64,000 nucleotides of DNA from Sumerlaeia bacterium (GCA_040219255.1 JAVJSW010000042.1:1-64000), one strand, 5' to 3'. Numbered from the stretch's first letter, positions 39,719-50,801 are shown. Numbers and translations are program-made. The notes: generated by a model from the sequence alone, not told the origin.

Positions 39719-40852
39719 ATGCCGCCGGCTGAAAATCCTTCACCTTCCGATCTCGACGTTCTCCAAGCCCTCCTCGAGAGCGGCGTCCTGACGGAAGATC
39801 AAGCACGCCGTGTCCGCGTCGCCGTCGAAGGCGGAATGGACCTGATGGACTCCGTTCGCGCCACGCCGCTGGTCGAGCCCCTGCAACTCCTACGCGCCCG
39901 CCAGAACGCCGTCATCCAGTCCAAAATCCGCGCCCAGTCTTCCGCCCAGGACAATTCCCCCGTCGTCGTTCCCATGTCTTCCCCCGACGATGACAAACCC
40001 ATCACCCATTTCGACGACGCGGACGTCATGGAAATCGAGTTCGAGACCGACTTGGACGACGAAGGCAGCAAGCCGACCATGAAGTTGAAGGCTCCCAACC
40101 TCTCACGAGAGCCCGCCATTCCCCGGCCCACCACCGAGGAAGAAGAGCTGATGAATCGGCCCGCCACCCCGAAGGAAGACAAAATCGCCCCCGGCATCAC
40201 CGACACCATGATGGACGAGATGGACTTCGACTCCGACACCCCCCAAGCCATGGTGCGCGCCGACATCCTCGGCAGCGACGATGAACTGATGCTCGACGAT
40301 GAACCGCCCAGCGGCGGCCTCGACAACGAACTGATCCTTCCCAGCGACCCCACCGCCGAGGAATATCGCGAGGAATACGCCAGCCGCGAAGCAGTCAAGA
40401 AACAGGCGGCCGAAGGCGTCAAAGCCCCCGAATCCCTCGCTCTGCCCGCCGACAGCACCGGCTATCGCAAACCGAATCAAGCGCCCCCGACCTACAACCT
40501 GGCGGATGACGAGGGCATCAACCTCATCAAGAATGTGAACGACAAACTCGCCCAAGCCATCGCCCAAAAACGCGCCGCCCTGTGGCTCGGCGTCGAAGGC
40601 GACGAAGCCCTCATCGGCGAATACGGACCCGGCGGCAAACGCCAGAACGTCGTGATCGAGGACGCCGAACTCATCCGCAAAATGATCAACCGGCTGAAAA
40701 TCATGGCGCGCATTCAACCCTGGCGCACGGAAGGCGGCCAGGGCGCTTTCCATGCGCTCAATCAAGGCCTCGACTACACCGGTCTGGTCGAAGCCTCGTC
40801 CACCGGCGGCCTCGAAAGCGTCCTCGTTACTTTGCGCCCCGGCAAAGTCTAG
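39719..40852 (+). CDS. hypothetical protein with GspE/PilB N-terminal-like segments and an acidic linker
   Basis: LLESGVLTEDQ; INRLKIMA; no Walker motifs. Confidence 0.6.
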   Translation: MPPAENPSPSDLDVLQALLESGVLTEDQARRVRVAVEGGMDLMDSVRATPLVEPLQLLRARQNAVIQSKIRAQSSAQDNSPVVVPMSSPDDDKPITHFDDADVMEIEFETDLDDEGSKPTMKLKAPNLSREPAIPRPTTEEEELMNRPATPKEDKIAPGITDTMMDEMDFDSDTPQAMVRADILGSDDELMLDDEPPSGGLDNELILPSDPTAEEYREEYASREAVKKQAAEGVKAPESLALPADSTGYRKPNQAPPTYNLADDEGINLIKNVNDKLAQAIAQKRAALWLGVEGDEALIGEYGPGGKRQNVVIEDAELIRKMINRLKIMARIQPWRTEGGQGAFHALNQGLDYTGLVEASSTGGLESVLVTLRPGKV

Positions 40853-40911
40853 CGGGTTTTCGGTTCTCTAGGCGGCTCCGCTCGGGTTGGAGCCCTTCGC
40901 CTCTCGATTCC

Positions 40912-41619
40912 TCAGTAGCTCGCCGCGTCCCGCAAAAACCGCGGATACCCGCCGCCCGCGATGTCCAGGACGTAGTTCGGGTTCATCGGGTCGCCCACAA
41001 TGTCCGGATTGGCTTTGACCCATTCGCCGATGCTTTGCTCCGGACCGGACAGCCGCACAGCGTTGGCCGAGTTCGACTTCACCACCCGGTTCACCGTCGT
41101 GCTGCGCCGCACCGCGCCGTTCATGATCTGCACCTTGGCGGAAACGTCCCCCAATTCAGCGGTTTTCTCGTCGAACGCTTCCATGTCGGTCCAGTACAGG
41201 CCAGACAAGGCATAAAGCTTGGCGACGGGATTTTCTTCCTGGTAGAGCCGCTGAAACACCTGCGCCTTCGCGTCCGCGTCGCGCAGCAGCGTTTGAAAGG
41301 CGATGATTTCTTGCGGGGTCTGCTGGCCGATGCCAAAGGAAACCGTGGTCGCGAAAACCTCAGCTTTGGCAAGAGTCTCGTAGGCCTGCTGGCTTTCCGG
41401 GCTCAGTTCCGATTTGGATGCTTCCACGGGCGCGCTGCTTTCGTCGGGAGCGGGTTGAGTGGCGGGGGTTTGCGGCGCGGTTTCCACGGGCGTCGGTTCC
41501 GCCGGTGTGGCCGCTTCGTCCGCCGACTTGCCCTTGCCGTTCTTGCAGGCCGCGCCTCCCATCAGGAGTGCCGCCATCAGCGCGGCGAACGAAAGGCTTT
41601 TCAAAGTTTCAGTCATCAT
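40912..41619 (-). CDS. hypothetical lipoprotein
   Basis: Signal peptide ending GAAC, Pro/Thr linker. Confidence 0.75.
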   Translation of the reverse strand: MMTETLKSLSFAALMAALLMGGAACKNGKGKSADEAATPAEPTPVETAPQTPATQPAPDESSAPVEASKSELSPESQQAYETLAKAEVFATTVSFGIGQQTPQEIIAFQTLLRDADAKAQVFQRLYQEENPVAKLYALSGLYWTDMEAFDEKTAELGDVSAKVQIMNGAVRRSTTVNRVVKSNSANAVRLSGPEQSIGEWVKANPDIVGDPMNPNYVLDIAGGGYPRFLRDAASY

Positions 41620-41723
41620 TGGTTTTTTCCTGCGTAGCATGGGGGGATTGCGTCTTCTAGGGGACAACCAGGGAGGCGCCGGGGTTCACACTAAGCGGCC
41701 CCTTCGGTGCCCGGCGAAAGCCC

Positions 41724-44708
41724 TTATTGCATCCGCAGGACTTCGATCACGTCGCCGCTGTCCTCGACCGAGTCCGAATTGACGTCCATGATGCCGGTGG
41801 CGGGCGAACCGTTCAGGTAATTCACCACGCCCTCGAGCTGCGGAATGACCCGGCCGAAAGTCCACCACAGGCCGTATTCGAAATCCGGAATGACGAGGAA
41901 AATCCGGTCGGACCCGGCTGGCGTCAGCCGGTCGTTCATATCCATCCAATACACCGAGGTCCCGGAATTCGACTGGGAATCGGGTCCGCTGAAAAGAATC
42001 ACCGAGTCGTCGCTCGAGTAGTCGGGCTTGCTGAGAATTCCCGCCAAACCCGTCAGCAAACCCACAACTCGGCCGCTGCTGAAGTCGATGCCAAAGATGC
42101 CACTGTCCTGAATCGGCGTGTTCAGCACATCAAAGATCATAATCCGATTGTCACGTGTTGACAAAGTAGGATTGCCAATCAAGATCCCCTGCTCTTGCGG
42201 CGGCAGGAGCGGGAAGAATCGGCCTGTTTCCACATCCAGGATGGTGATGTCCCAGAAATTCTGGTTGGTTCCGTTCGGCCCGGGAAGTACTTTGAAGGCA
42301 TCGAAGGCCACGAACTGATCGTCGAGCCACGCCATCGTGTCCGCCTGCTGCACGATGTCGAGCAGTTGGCCGTCCTGCGACGTCGTGGGGTGCAACAGAG
42401 GGATGACAGAGGTCTGTTGGTCCACCAAGTCCAGCACCACCATCTCGTTGCTGCCTCCGGAGCGAGTCAGCGAGACGCGCCGGCCCGTCGGCGAGATGGA
42501 AACCGAATTCCACCCGGAGGGACTGATCTGAACGGCGTCGAGAACTCGGGGAGACGCATCGATGACATAACCGTAGAGCGAGCCATCGGCGCCGACGATG
42601 AACATCTCGTCGCCAAAGGGACTGACCGCGATAGGCCTGCCGCTCTCAAAATTGACCGGTCGTTCCCCGAAGCCGAAGATCGAGCCTTCCGCGTCATCGA
42701 GCCGGCCGATGAAAGGGAACCCATCGCTGATTTGCGTGAACATCCACAATTGGTCCCCCGCCGGAACCGGAGCCGGTTCGGGCGTCGGCGTGGGGGTGGG
42801 TGTGGGATTGCCGCCGCCGCCGGTGCCGCCGCCGATGCCGACGTCTCCAAAGGCCTTGGAGACCGCCTGCACTTCCGGCGAACCATCGCCGAAGAGGTCG
42901 CGGGCGGCGCGCTCGCAGGCCGCGCGGCATTCCACGAAATTCGAGTTCTTGCCCAAATAGGTGGCCAACGCCCGGTACCAGATCGCACCGGTCTTCTGCC
43001 GGCCGAGAGCCACCATGACCTTGTAAGCCACATGGTTGGGAATACCGGAGTTGATGTGCACGCCGCCGTTGTCCTGATCGATGGTCAGGTCCAGGAACTG
43101 GCTCATGTCCTTGGGCTGCCAGCCGGGCGAATTGAGGCCGGTGCCGCCCTGATTCGGGTTTTCGATGTCGCGCAGGGCGCCGCTCGGGAAAGCCGACAAC
43201 TTGACTACATCCTCGCCCAGGCGGAAATCGTCCTCGTCCACGATGACACCGAAGACATCGGCGAAGGACTCGTTCAGCGCGCCGGACTGGAACCGGTATT
43301 CGAGATTCGCCGTGAACTGGATCACGCCGTGGGACATTTCATGCACCGCCACGTCGAGCGAACGCGCCAGCGGCTCGAAGGCGCGGTTTCCATCCCCGTA
43401 GAACATCGCCGCGCCGTTCCAGAACGCATTGTCCATCGGCTGGCCGTTTTGCGTGACATGGATGATCGAGAAGACCGCCCCGCCAGTGCCATTGAGGGAG
43501 TTGCGGTTGTGCGTCTGGCGGAAGTACTCGAAAGCCCGCGCCCCGTAATCGTGCGCGGAGATCCCCGTGCGGTCGAAGTTACCGTTCTGAGCCGTGACGT
43601 GGAAAATCTGCGCGTCCTGCGTCAGGTCCTTCCCGCGCAGGTCCAGCGTCGTGATCGTGCCGGTGCCTTCGTTCAAGATCTGCTGCGGCGTCAGGTTTCC
43701 AGGGAACATCGGCCGGGATGTATCGACCAAGAATTGCGTCCCGTTGTCCTCGAAGATCTGCAGGGTCACGGTCTCGCCGAGGAGGTTTTGCCCTTGCACC
43801 GTTCCGGCGCCGCCACTGGCCGTGGCGTTGTAGTACTCGAGCACCTTGCCGTCGCTGGCGCGAATGAATCCCCGATACCAATCGATCATGTTGGGCCGGG
43901 TTTCCACCACATAGACCAATTCCACCGGGGCTCCGGCGCTGTGCTGCCAATACTGGAGCCGCGCCACGGGACCCGTGTATCCGAGCAGATCCGCCGCGTG
44001 ATCGGTCAGGAAGAAGTCCGCACCGTCGCGCTCGAGCCGCGCTTCCAGCGCCTCGATCGCCTCCGCTTCGCTCAAGACCGGCGTTTCCGGCCCTTCTTTC
44101 TCCGAGGGCGAAGGCACCACAAAGCCGTTCACGCTTTGCAACTGGCCGGACTTGTCGAAATGCGCCCGCAGTTCACGGCCCCAGAAGGGCAGGCCGTGGC
44201 GGGTCTGCTGGAAAACGATATGCGTCATGCCCAGATCGTCGAACTGTTCGCGTACCTCGACCAGTTCTTTCGCGGGGGCGGCGAGTCGGAAGAGAGCGGG
44301 ATTGTCTTCCAGGAATCGGACGGCGGCGCTGGACAGCTTCTCGCCCGACTTGGCCGCCGCCAGAGACCTGTTCGAGCCACCAGCCTCGACAAAGACCACG
44401 CCGCGCTTCGGATCGGAAACCGTCCGTCGTCCGCCCAGGTCCGTGGTGATGGGCAAGGAGGCGAAATTCTGACCGTTGGGCCGGGCGGCGAAGACCGAGG
44501 GAGCCTTCGCCGGGGAGGATTGCGCCCGCTGCGCCAGGCGGGTCTTCGCAAAGTCCCTCGCCAAGCCGTCCAACTGGGATTTCGACAGCGGTGCCGCCTT
44601 CGTGGCGGGCGGGCTGTAACCGCCTCCATCGGGCATCGCCATCAGAACGCCCTGAGAGAAGGTGAGAGAAAGAAGCGCTCCCCATAGAGCCGCGGACCAA
44701 CGAGTCAT
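41724..44708 (-). CDS. secreted M4 (thermolysin/bacillolysin-like) metallopeptidase with C-terminal propeller and dockerin-like tail
   Basis: Signal peptide, propeptide, NAFWNG, HEMSH, GALNESFAD, DNGGVHINSG, PT linker, terminal DVNSDSVEDSGD. Confidence 0.93.
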   Translation of the reverse strand: MTRWSAALWGALLSLTFSQGVLMAMPDGGGYSPPATKAAPLSKSQLDGLARDFAKTRLAQRAQSSPAKAPSVFAARPNGQNFASLPITTDLGGRRTVSDPKRGVVFVEAGGSNRSLAAAKSGEKLSSAAVRFLEDNPALFRLAAPAKELVEVREQFDDLGMTHIVFQQTRHGLPFWGRELRAHFDKSGQLQSVNGFVVPSPSEKEGPETPVLSEAEAIEALEARLERDGADFFLTDHAADLLGYTGPVARLQYWQHSAGAPVELVYVVETRPNMIDWYRGFIRASDGKVLEYYNATASGGAGTVQGQNLLGETVTLQIFEDNGTQFLVDTSRPMFPGNLTPQQILNEGTGTITTLDLRGKDLTQDAQIFHVTAQNGNFDRTGISAHDYGARAFEYFRQTHNRNSLNGTGGAVFSIIHVTQNGQPMDNAFWNGAAMFYGDGNRAFEPLARSLDVAVHEMSHGVIQFTANLEYRFQSGALNESFADVFGVIVDEDDFRLGEDVVKLSAFPSGALRDIENPNQGGTGLNSPGWQPKDMSQFLDLTIDQDNGGVHINSGIPNHVAYKVMVALGRQKTGAIWYRALATYLGKNSNFVECRAACERAARDLFGDGSPEVQAVSKAFGDVGIGGGTGGGGNPTPTPTPTPEPAPVPAGDQLWMFTQISDGFPFIGRLDDAEGSIFGFGERPVNFESGRPIAVSPFGDEMFIVGADGSLYGYVIDASPRVLDAVQISPSGWNSVSISPTGRRVSLTRSGGSNEMVVLDLVDQQTSVIPLLHPTTSQDGQLLDIVQQADTMAWLDDQFVAFDAFKVLPGPNGTNQNFWDITILDVETGRFFPLLPPQEQGILIGNPTLSTRDNRIMIFDVLNTPIQDSGIFGIDFSSGRVVGLLTGLAGILSKPDYSSDDSVILFSGPDSQSNSGTSVYWMDMNDRLTPAGSDRIFLVIPDFEYGLWWTFGRVIPQLEGVVNYLNGSPATGIMDVNSDSVEDSGDVIEVLRMQ

Positions 44709-44839
44709 CTGAGCCTTAGTTCCAGTCTCTGAGTTAGTACGAAAGCAAGAGCCGGTTTCGTAGATGATAGGAAACCATTTCCCGTCCACTGTGGACAATC
44801 GGATTCGCGAAAGGTTTCAAAAAAAATCCGCAAGCTCCC

Positions 44840-44868
44840 TTGATTGCCTGTCCGCCGTTTGCTATAGA
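44840..44868 (+). promoter_or_regulatory. putative sigma70 promoter of the alpha/beta hydrolase gene
   Basis: TTGATT-N17-TATAGA with TGn extension in an AT-rich divergent intergenic region. Confidence 0.4.
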
Positions 44869-44947
44869 CCTGTGGGTTGGATTACGCGAAGCGTTTTCAC
44901 GCCTCGCGCCCGCTCCTCATCGAATCCGCATGGGACATTGAAAAGTC

Positions 44948-45907
44948 ATGGGTTACGCAGCGACACAAGTCATCCCGGACGAGACCCGCGGCCGGTCTCC
45001 CCGGGCGCGTTTCCCCCAATACGCGGACTCCTTCGGCTGGCTCGCCTTTCCACCGTCCCGCACCCTGCCCTTCAAGAAAACACGCGGCCGGACTCTGCTG
45101 ATTCATGTGTTCCTGCCTCCCCGCTGGAAAGCCTCCGACCGCCGGCCAGCCATCGTTTACCTCCATGGCGGCTCCTGGGTCGTCGGCACACCTTCCCAGT
45201 TCTTCCCTCAGGCCTTCCACTTCGCCCAGCTTGGAATGGTCACCGCCTGCCCCGAATACCGCCTGTGGGGACGAGACCGTGCCACGCCCTTCGCTGGGGT
45301 GCGAGACAGCCGGTCGGCGATCCGGTGGCTGCGCGAGAACGCCGCGAACCTCGGCGTCGATCCCACACGCGTCATCGTGGCGGGAGGCTCGGCCGGCGGA
45401 CACCTGGCCGCCTGCGCCAGCGTCATTCCCGAAGAACAAGCCCCCAACGAAGCCGAAGCGCGGGACTGCGCGCCACCGGCCGCCATGATCCTGTACAATC
45501 CGGTGCTGGATTTGCGCAGCCAGGCCTGGAAAGCCACCTTCACCCGCGAACTCTTCGGCCCCGTTTCCCGCGTCATCTGGAGCGCCTACGACCCTGTCGC
45601 GCGCCAGCTTTCTCCCCACTCCTATCTACGGCCCGGCCTGCCGCCCGCCCTGATCATTCATGGCGAAGACGATCGCGTCGTGCCCCATATCCAGTCCCGG
45701 CGCTTCACCGAAGACTCCAGCGCCGCGGGCAACGACTGCCAGCTCATCAGCTATCCCCATTCCGGCCACGCCTTCCACAACTACGGCTTCCACCCAACCA
45801 ACCGGCCCTTCCACGAATGCCTGCGCCACGTCGAAGATTTCCTGGGCGAGCGCGGCCTGCTGGCAGAGGAACCTTGTCCCATGCTTTCCGTTGACGAGTC
45901 CGCTTAA
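44948..45907 (+). CDS. alpha/beta hydrolase (esterase/lipase)
   Basis: HGGSW, GGSAGG nucleophile elbow, HGEDD, GHAF. Confidence 0.92.
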   Translation: MGYAATQVIPDETRGRSPRARFPQYADSFGWLAFPPSRTLPFKKTRGRTLLIHVFLPPRWKASDRRPAIVYLHGGSWVVGTPSQFFPQAFHFAQLGMVTACPEYRLWGRDRATPFAGVRDSRSAIRWLRENAANLGVDPTRVIVAGGSAGGHLAACASVIPEEQAPNEAEARDCAPPAAMILYNPVLDLRSQAWKATFTRELFGPVSRVIWSAYDPVARQLSPHSYLRPGLPPALIIHGEDDRVVPHIQSRRFTEDSSAAGNDCQLISYPHSGHAFHNYGFHPTNRPFHECLRHVEDFLGERGLLAEEPCPMLSVDESA

Positions 45908-45972
45908 TCTCTTCAGTGTCAAATTTCAAACCGGTGGCCTACACTGGACCGACCAAGTGAGGATCAGACTCG

Positions 45973-47160
45973 ATGGGCTCGCAAACCCGCTTTCCGACAC
46001 AAGACGGCACCTCGACCGCTTACCAGACCCAGCGGGAGCAGACCTGGACGAAACTCCCCCGGTCCCCCGTCTGGGTGCTCGCCGGGCCCGCCGCCATCAA
46101 GCAGGTGGAAGAACGCTACTCACCCGGTGACAATCCGCCCCACTATATTCCCTGCGGCGAAGAAGAGCGGATGCTGGTCGATCTGATCGGCGAAGGCATT
46201 CCGGTCGTGCTGACAGGGCCTCCCGGTATCGGCAAGACCACCCTGATCCGCTCGGTCTTCTGGCGCCTCGGTTTCCCGCTCCAGACCTTCCTGGCCACCG
46301 CCGCCACCCAGAACCACGAACTGATGGGCCGTATGGGCGAAGCGGGCGAAGGCGGAGAACTGGCCACCTGGCGCGATGGCCGTCTGTCCCTCGCCGTCCG
46401 CGCCGCCTACGCCGGGTTGAAGAACGGATTCTACCTCGACGAAGTCATCAAACTGCCGCCGGAACTCGCTTCCACGCTCTACTCGCTGCTCGACTCGCGC
46501 GGGACGCTTTCACTGCCCACCGGCGAGGAAATGGAAACGAGAGGCAATCTGCGCCTCGTCTTCTCCTACAACCCCTCGCGAACCTTGCGGCTCGACGAGG
46601 CCCTTCGCAGCCGTCTCACCGCCATCCGTATGAATTATCCCCCGCCCAAAATCGAGGAAGACGTGCTTTGCTCACCCGACCTGGGCGGCCTCGAAAGCAT
46701 CAAGAGCGGCCGGGAGATCGCCCGTGGCCTCGTCAAATTCGCCAACGTCATTCGCAAAGCCCAGGGTTACGAAATCCACGACGACCTGCCCCGGCTCCAC
46801 GACCGCGCCATCGAACTGCTGCGCCTGCTCGGCGGCCCGCCCAGCGCCCGCACCCTTCTCGTCGTCGCCAAGATGGTACGCCGCGGCAGCTATAGCGTCC
46901 GCGAAGCCACAGAATTCTTCCTGATTCCTTCCCTGACCCAGGACATCCACGACTTCGAGATGATGGATTTGGTGAAGCTGCTGCGCCGCATGGCCGACGA
47001 ACTCCTGCCCCGCCAACCCGCGACGCTCGACCTCGACAAACTCGCCGCGATGGGCGAGGAGGAGCCGGAGCATGCTCCGGAACACGACCGTGGCACGGAT
47101 TATTCTCAGATCGCCAGTCAGGTGATGCGCCAGTTGGAAATGCAGCGGAAGCGGATCTGA
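45973..47160 (+). CDS. AAA+ ATPase, CbbQ/NirQ/MoxR-like
   Basis: GPPGIGKTT, YLDEV, SYNP, LDEALRSR. Confidence 0.85.
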   Translation: MGSQTRFPTQDGTSTAYQTQREQTWTKLPRSPVWVLAGPAAIKQVEERYSPGDNPPHYIPCGEEERMLVDLIGEGIPVVLTGPPGIGKTTLIRSVFWRLGFPLQTFLATAATQNHELMGRMGEAGEGGELATWRDGRLSLAVRAAYAGLKNGFYLDEVIKLPPELASTLYSLLDSRGTLSLPTGEEMETRGNLRLVFSYNPSRTLRLDEALRSRLTAIRMNYPPPKIEEDVLCSPDLGGLESIKSGREIARGLVKFANVIRKAQGYEIHDDLPRLHDRAIELLRLLGGPPSARTLLVVAKMVRRGSYSVREATEFFLIPSLTQDIHDFEMMDLVKLLRRMADELLPRQPATLDLDKLAAMGEEEPEHAPEHDRGTDYSQIASQVMRQLEMQRKRI

Positions 47161-47187
47161 CGCCGTGCCCTCCCGCTGGGTTCGCGT

Positions 47188-48567
47188 TCAAACATCCCCG
47201 TCTCGCCGACCGGCGATGAAATAGGCGATGGCGCAAACGACGAACAGATAGAGAATCTGAAACAGGTCCATCGAATAGCGCAGCGCCGTGAAGGGCGAAA
47301 TGAAAGGCCACGACTTCGTGTTCGCGATCATCTTGTCGATGTCCTCAAAGCTCATTTGCTGAACACGAATTAGGACAAAAAGCGGGTGATAGTCCTCGCG
47401 GAATTCAAGGATTTCCTCCTCGGACACGTACTCCCAACTCGGAGCGTCCGTGAAATCCCACTGCACCATGAAGATGGCCGTGTCCCTGGGCCCCGCGATA
47501 CCGAAGTAATCCACGGCGAACCGCGTCGGTTGCCACTTACCGGCCTCCGAGCACTCGGCGATTTTCTCCCACTGGGCCGCCGAGTCGGGCTTGTTCAACA
47601 CAGGACCCAGCATCACGATACCAAGCATCGCGTTCAGTGTCAGCATCGCAACGACGACCGTTCCGATACAGAAAAGTCCATTCAGCCGCCCACGGCCGCC
47701 CAAATAGGACGACGTCCATCCGATAAACCAGCCGTGCAGGATCATCCCGAAAGGAATGCCCATCCCCATGACCATCGCGAAAGCTACCTGGAGCACGAGA
47801 CCGCCGATGGTGGCGGCGATCGTCCCGATAATCGACAACGGCGTGATCGTGTTCTGTACCTTGACATTCTCCAGCGCCGCGTTGATCGCGTCATCCATAT
47901 TGGCGGGCCTCTGCGCAGCACCGCCAGGCGGGTTGTAATCGGGCCGGGCCGGTTGCGCCCCAAAGCTGGCCACGCCACCCGAAGCGGAAGACCCCCGGCC
48001 ATGAGGATGCTCCCCATCGACATGGGGGGCGCCGTGACCCTGGAGGCTCTTGCCACCCACGATGTACTGGGTCTGCCATGCCGGAACGGGTTCCTCGACC
48101 GGAGCCCCCATGGCCTGCGGCGTGCCCGCATCGACAGCCGCGGGCTGCCCCGCCGGTGACACGCCGGGAACGGGGGGCGGCATCCCCGGAGCCATCGCCG
48201 GAGGAGGCGGTGATCCGGAGGACGCGGAGACATGCGCCGGCCGAGGCGGCGGCGGTGAAGGAGGCGCCGAAGAGGCTTGACCCACCGGAGCGGGAGGAAT
48301 TGGCACCGGCTTGGGCGACAGCCCGCTCGACACCGGGGGCGGCGTGAAGCTCGGCTTGGGAATCGCGGGCCGTGAAATCGGCGGCGGCGGCAAAGGCGTA
48401 TGGCGCTTGAAGTGGGACGTGGAATCCAGCGGCGGAGAATCCGGCGGCGGCGGTGGAAGATCCTCATCCACCTCGCTCGACTCCTCCACCTCCGGATCGG
48501 CAAAGCGATAGGGTCCGTCCGCCGGTGTCGGCTTGAACGGAAATGACGATTCTGGATTGGGAGCCAT
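47188..48567 (-). CDS. Pro-rich membrane protein, hypothetical
   Basis: Long Pro/Ser-rich N-terminus then several TM helices; GAGGAG RBS. Confidence 0.7.
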   Translation of the reverse strand: MAPNPESSFPFKPTPADGPYRFADPEVEESSEVDEDLPPPPPDSPPLDSTSHFKRHTPLPPPPISRPAIPKPSFTPPPVSSGLSPKPVPIPPAPVGQASSAPPSPPPPRPAHVSASSGSPPPPAMAPGMPPPVPGVSPAGQPAAVDAGTPQAMGAPVEEPVPAWQTQYIVGGKSLQGHGAPHVDGEHPHGRGSSASGGVASFGAQPARPDYNPPGGAAQRPANMDDAINAALENVKVQNTITPLSIIGTIAATIGGLVLQVAFAMVMGMGIPFGMILHGWFIGWTSSYLGGRGRLNGLFCIGTVVVAMLTLNAMLGIVMLGPVLNKPDSAAQWEKIAECSEAGKWQPTRFAVDYFGIAGPRDTAIFMVQWDFTDAPSWEYVSEEEILEFREDYHPLFVLIRVQQMSFEDIDKMIANTKSWPFISPFTALRYSMDLFQILYLFVVCAIAYFIAGRRDGDV

Positions 48568-48914
48568 AGTTTGAACTCCTCGCTTGGTGTACGAAGGACA
48601 ATACGAAGCCGCGTTCCCGCTTATTCACGCAATGGACAAAAAAAATCCCGGTCTCTCTACCCGATCAAGGGGAAGCTGCGATGGTCAACCCCTTCCTCAC
48701 CGGGAATTCGCGAAGGCCGGCCCGGACGGAAATCGTCCCGCATCGTGACCCGGTGGCCGTTCGCGTCCGGCGGCCAAGAATGATAAAGCGCTCTCCCACA
48801 TGGCGCGCCCCCGCGACATAGCGGCCTTTGACGAGCGGACTGAAGTCGAGGACCCTGCCATCCCTCCGCGTCCGCGATGCGGAGTCCATTGCCATTCCTC
48901 GAGGGCCGCTTTTC

Positions 48915-50801
48915 ATGACCCTGTTTACCCCGGACAAAATCCGCAACCTCGCCATCATCGCTCACATCGATCACGGCAAAACCACACTGATCGATTCGAT
49001 TTTCCGCTCGGCCCACCTCTGGCGCGACAACCAGCAGGTTGCCGAACGCGTGATGGACAGCAACGATCTCGAGCGCGAGCGTGGCATCACCATCCGCTCC
49101 AAGAACTGCGCCATCGAATGGAAGGACTACCGCATCAATATCGTCGATACGCCGGGCCACGCCGACTTCAGCGGCGAAGTCGAGCGCGTCCTCTCCGTCG
49201 TCGATAGCGTTCTGCTTCTTGTCGACGCCAACGAAGGCCCCATGCCCCAGACCCGCTATGTGCTGATGCGGGCATTGCGGCGCGGGCTGCACCCGATCGT
49301 CGTCGTCAACAAGGTCGACCGTCCGCAGGCCAACCCCCCGGGCGCCCTCAACAAGACCTTCGATCTCTTCATCGAACTCGGCGCCAACGACGAGCAGTGC
49401 GATTTCCCCGTGCTCTACGGTTCGGGTCTGAACGGCTGGCTCGTGCGCGACCTCGAGAAGGACAAGCACGAGGGCATGGAAGCGCTCTTCGAAACCATCG
49501 TCGAGAAGGTCCCGCCCCCGGCCGTCGAGGACGACGCCCCCTTCCGCATGCAGGTCACAACCCTGGACTGGAGCGACTACGTCGGCCGCATCGGCGCCGG
49601 GCGGATCCTGTCGGGCCGGTTGAAGATCGGCGATCCGATCGTGCAGACCTCGGCGAAATGGGACAATTACGATAAGACTTCCTGGTCCGTGACGGGCCGC
49701 TCCACCTCGCGCATCACCAAGCTTTGGGTCACCCAGGGCCTTGAGCGCGAGGAAGTCGAGGTGGCCAACGCGGGCGACATCGTCTCCTTCGCCGGCCCCG
49801 ACGAAATCAGCCTTGGCGACACCATTTCCGCCCCCTCCTACGAGGACCCGGAAATGCAGCCCCTGGAAATCGAAGAACCCACCGTCAGCATGTTCTTCCT
49901 CGTCAACAGCGGCCCTTTCTCGGGCGAGGAAGGCAATGCGGTCACGCTGCGCCAAGTCAAGCAGCGCCTCGACCGTGAACTGCGCACCAACGTGGGTCTG
50001 CGCGTCGAAGACATCGGCCGCGCCGACGGCGTCAAGGTCAGCGGCCGTGGCGAACTGCACCTCGGCATTCTGATCGAGGAAATGCGCCGCGAAGGCATGG
50101 AACTTTGCGTGTCCCGCCCCGAAGTTATCACCCGCGAAGAAAACGGCACCCTGATGGAGCCGATGGAAAAAGCCATCGTCGAAGTCCCGGAAGATTACCA
50201 GGGCGCCGTCATCAGCAAGCTGTCGCTGCGCAAGGGCGAGCTGATCCACATGGAGCCCACCGGCACCGGCGTGGTGCGCCTGGAATTCGACATTCCGACC
50301 CGTGGCCTGATTGGATATCGCACGGAATTCCTGACCGATACGCGCGGCCTGGGCATCCTGACGAGCCGCTTTGTGGGCTACGGCCCCTGGCGCGGCGAGG
50401 TCATTTCGCGCTCGCGCGGCAGCATGATCTCCATGGAAACCGGCGCGGCCACCTCTTACAGCCTCGAAAACCTGCAAACCCGCGGTTCGCTCTTCGTCAA
50501 GCCGATGGACAAGGTGTACCTCGGCCAGGTCATCGGCGAGCACAGCCGCCCCGACGACTTGACTTGTAACCCCTGCAAACGGAAGCAGTTGACCAACCAT
50601 CGCTCGGCCAACAAGGAACTCGACACGGGACTCGACGTGCCGCGCACGCTCAGCCTGGACGGCGCTCTGGAGTGGATCGCCGACGACGAGTTGGTGGAAA
50701 TCACCCCCGACTCCATCCGCGTCCGCAAAGCCATCCTGAACGCGGAAGAGCGCAAGAAGGCGGAGAAGAAAGTGCAGCAGTTGGCGGCGGCGGCGCGGTA
50801 A
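48915..50801 (+). CDS. typA: translational GTPase TypA/BipA
   Basis: [47 protein letters not shown]. Confidence 0.97.
   Translation: MTLFTPDKIRNLAIIAHIDHGKTTLIDSIFRSAHLWRDNQQVAERVMDSNDLERERGITIRSKNCAIEWKDYRINIVDTPGHADFSGEVERVLSVVDSVLLLVDANEGPMPQTRYVLMRALRRGLHPIVVVNKVDRPQANPPGALNKTFDLFIELGANDEQCDFPVLYGSGLNGWLVRDLEKDKHEGMEALFETIVEKVPPPAVEDDAPFRMQVTTLDWSDYVGRIGAGRILSGRLKIGDPIVQTSAKWDNYDKTSWSVTGRSTSRITKLWVTQGLEREEVEVANAGDIVSFAGPDEISLGDTISAPSYEDPEMQPLEIEEPTVSMFFLVNSGPFSGEEGNAVTLRQVKQRLDRELRTNVGLRVEDIGRADGVKVSGRGELHLGILIEEMRREGMELCVSRPEVITREENGTLMEPMEKAIVEVPEDYQGAVISKLSLRKGELIHMEPTGTGVVRLEFDIPTRGLIGYRTEFLTDTRGLGILTSRFVGYGPWRGEVISRSRGSMISMETGAATSYSLENLQTRGSLFVKPMDKVYLGQVIGEHSRPDDLTCNPCKRKQLTNHRSANKELDTGLDVPRTLSLDGALEWIADDELVEITPDSIRVRKAILNAEERKKAEKKVQQLAAAAR

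Noticed and set aside
42195-44687. 830-aa antisense ORF (likewise 15306..17054, 35328..37157, 48657..50810, 19816..21870)
   Set aside because: Mirror frames of well-supported genes with no motifs; expected from GC3 bias
47900-48500. GGC/CCG-rich repeats as a CRISPR or VNTR array
   Set aside because: They are poly-Pro codons; no repeat-spacer periodicity was seen anywhere in the window
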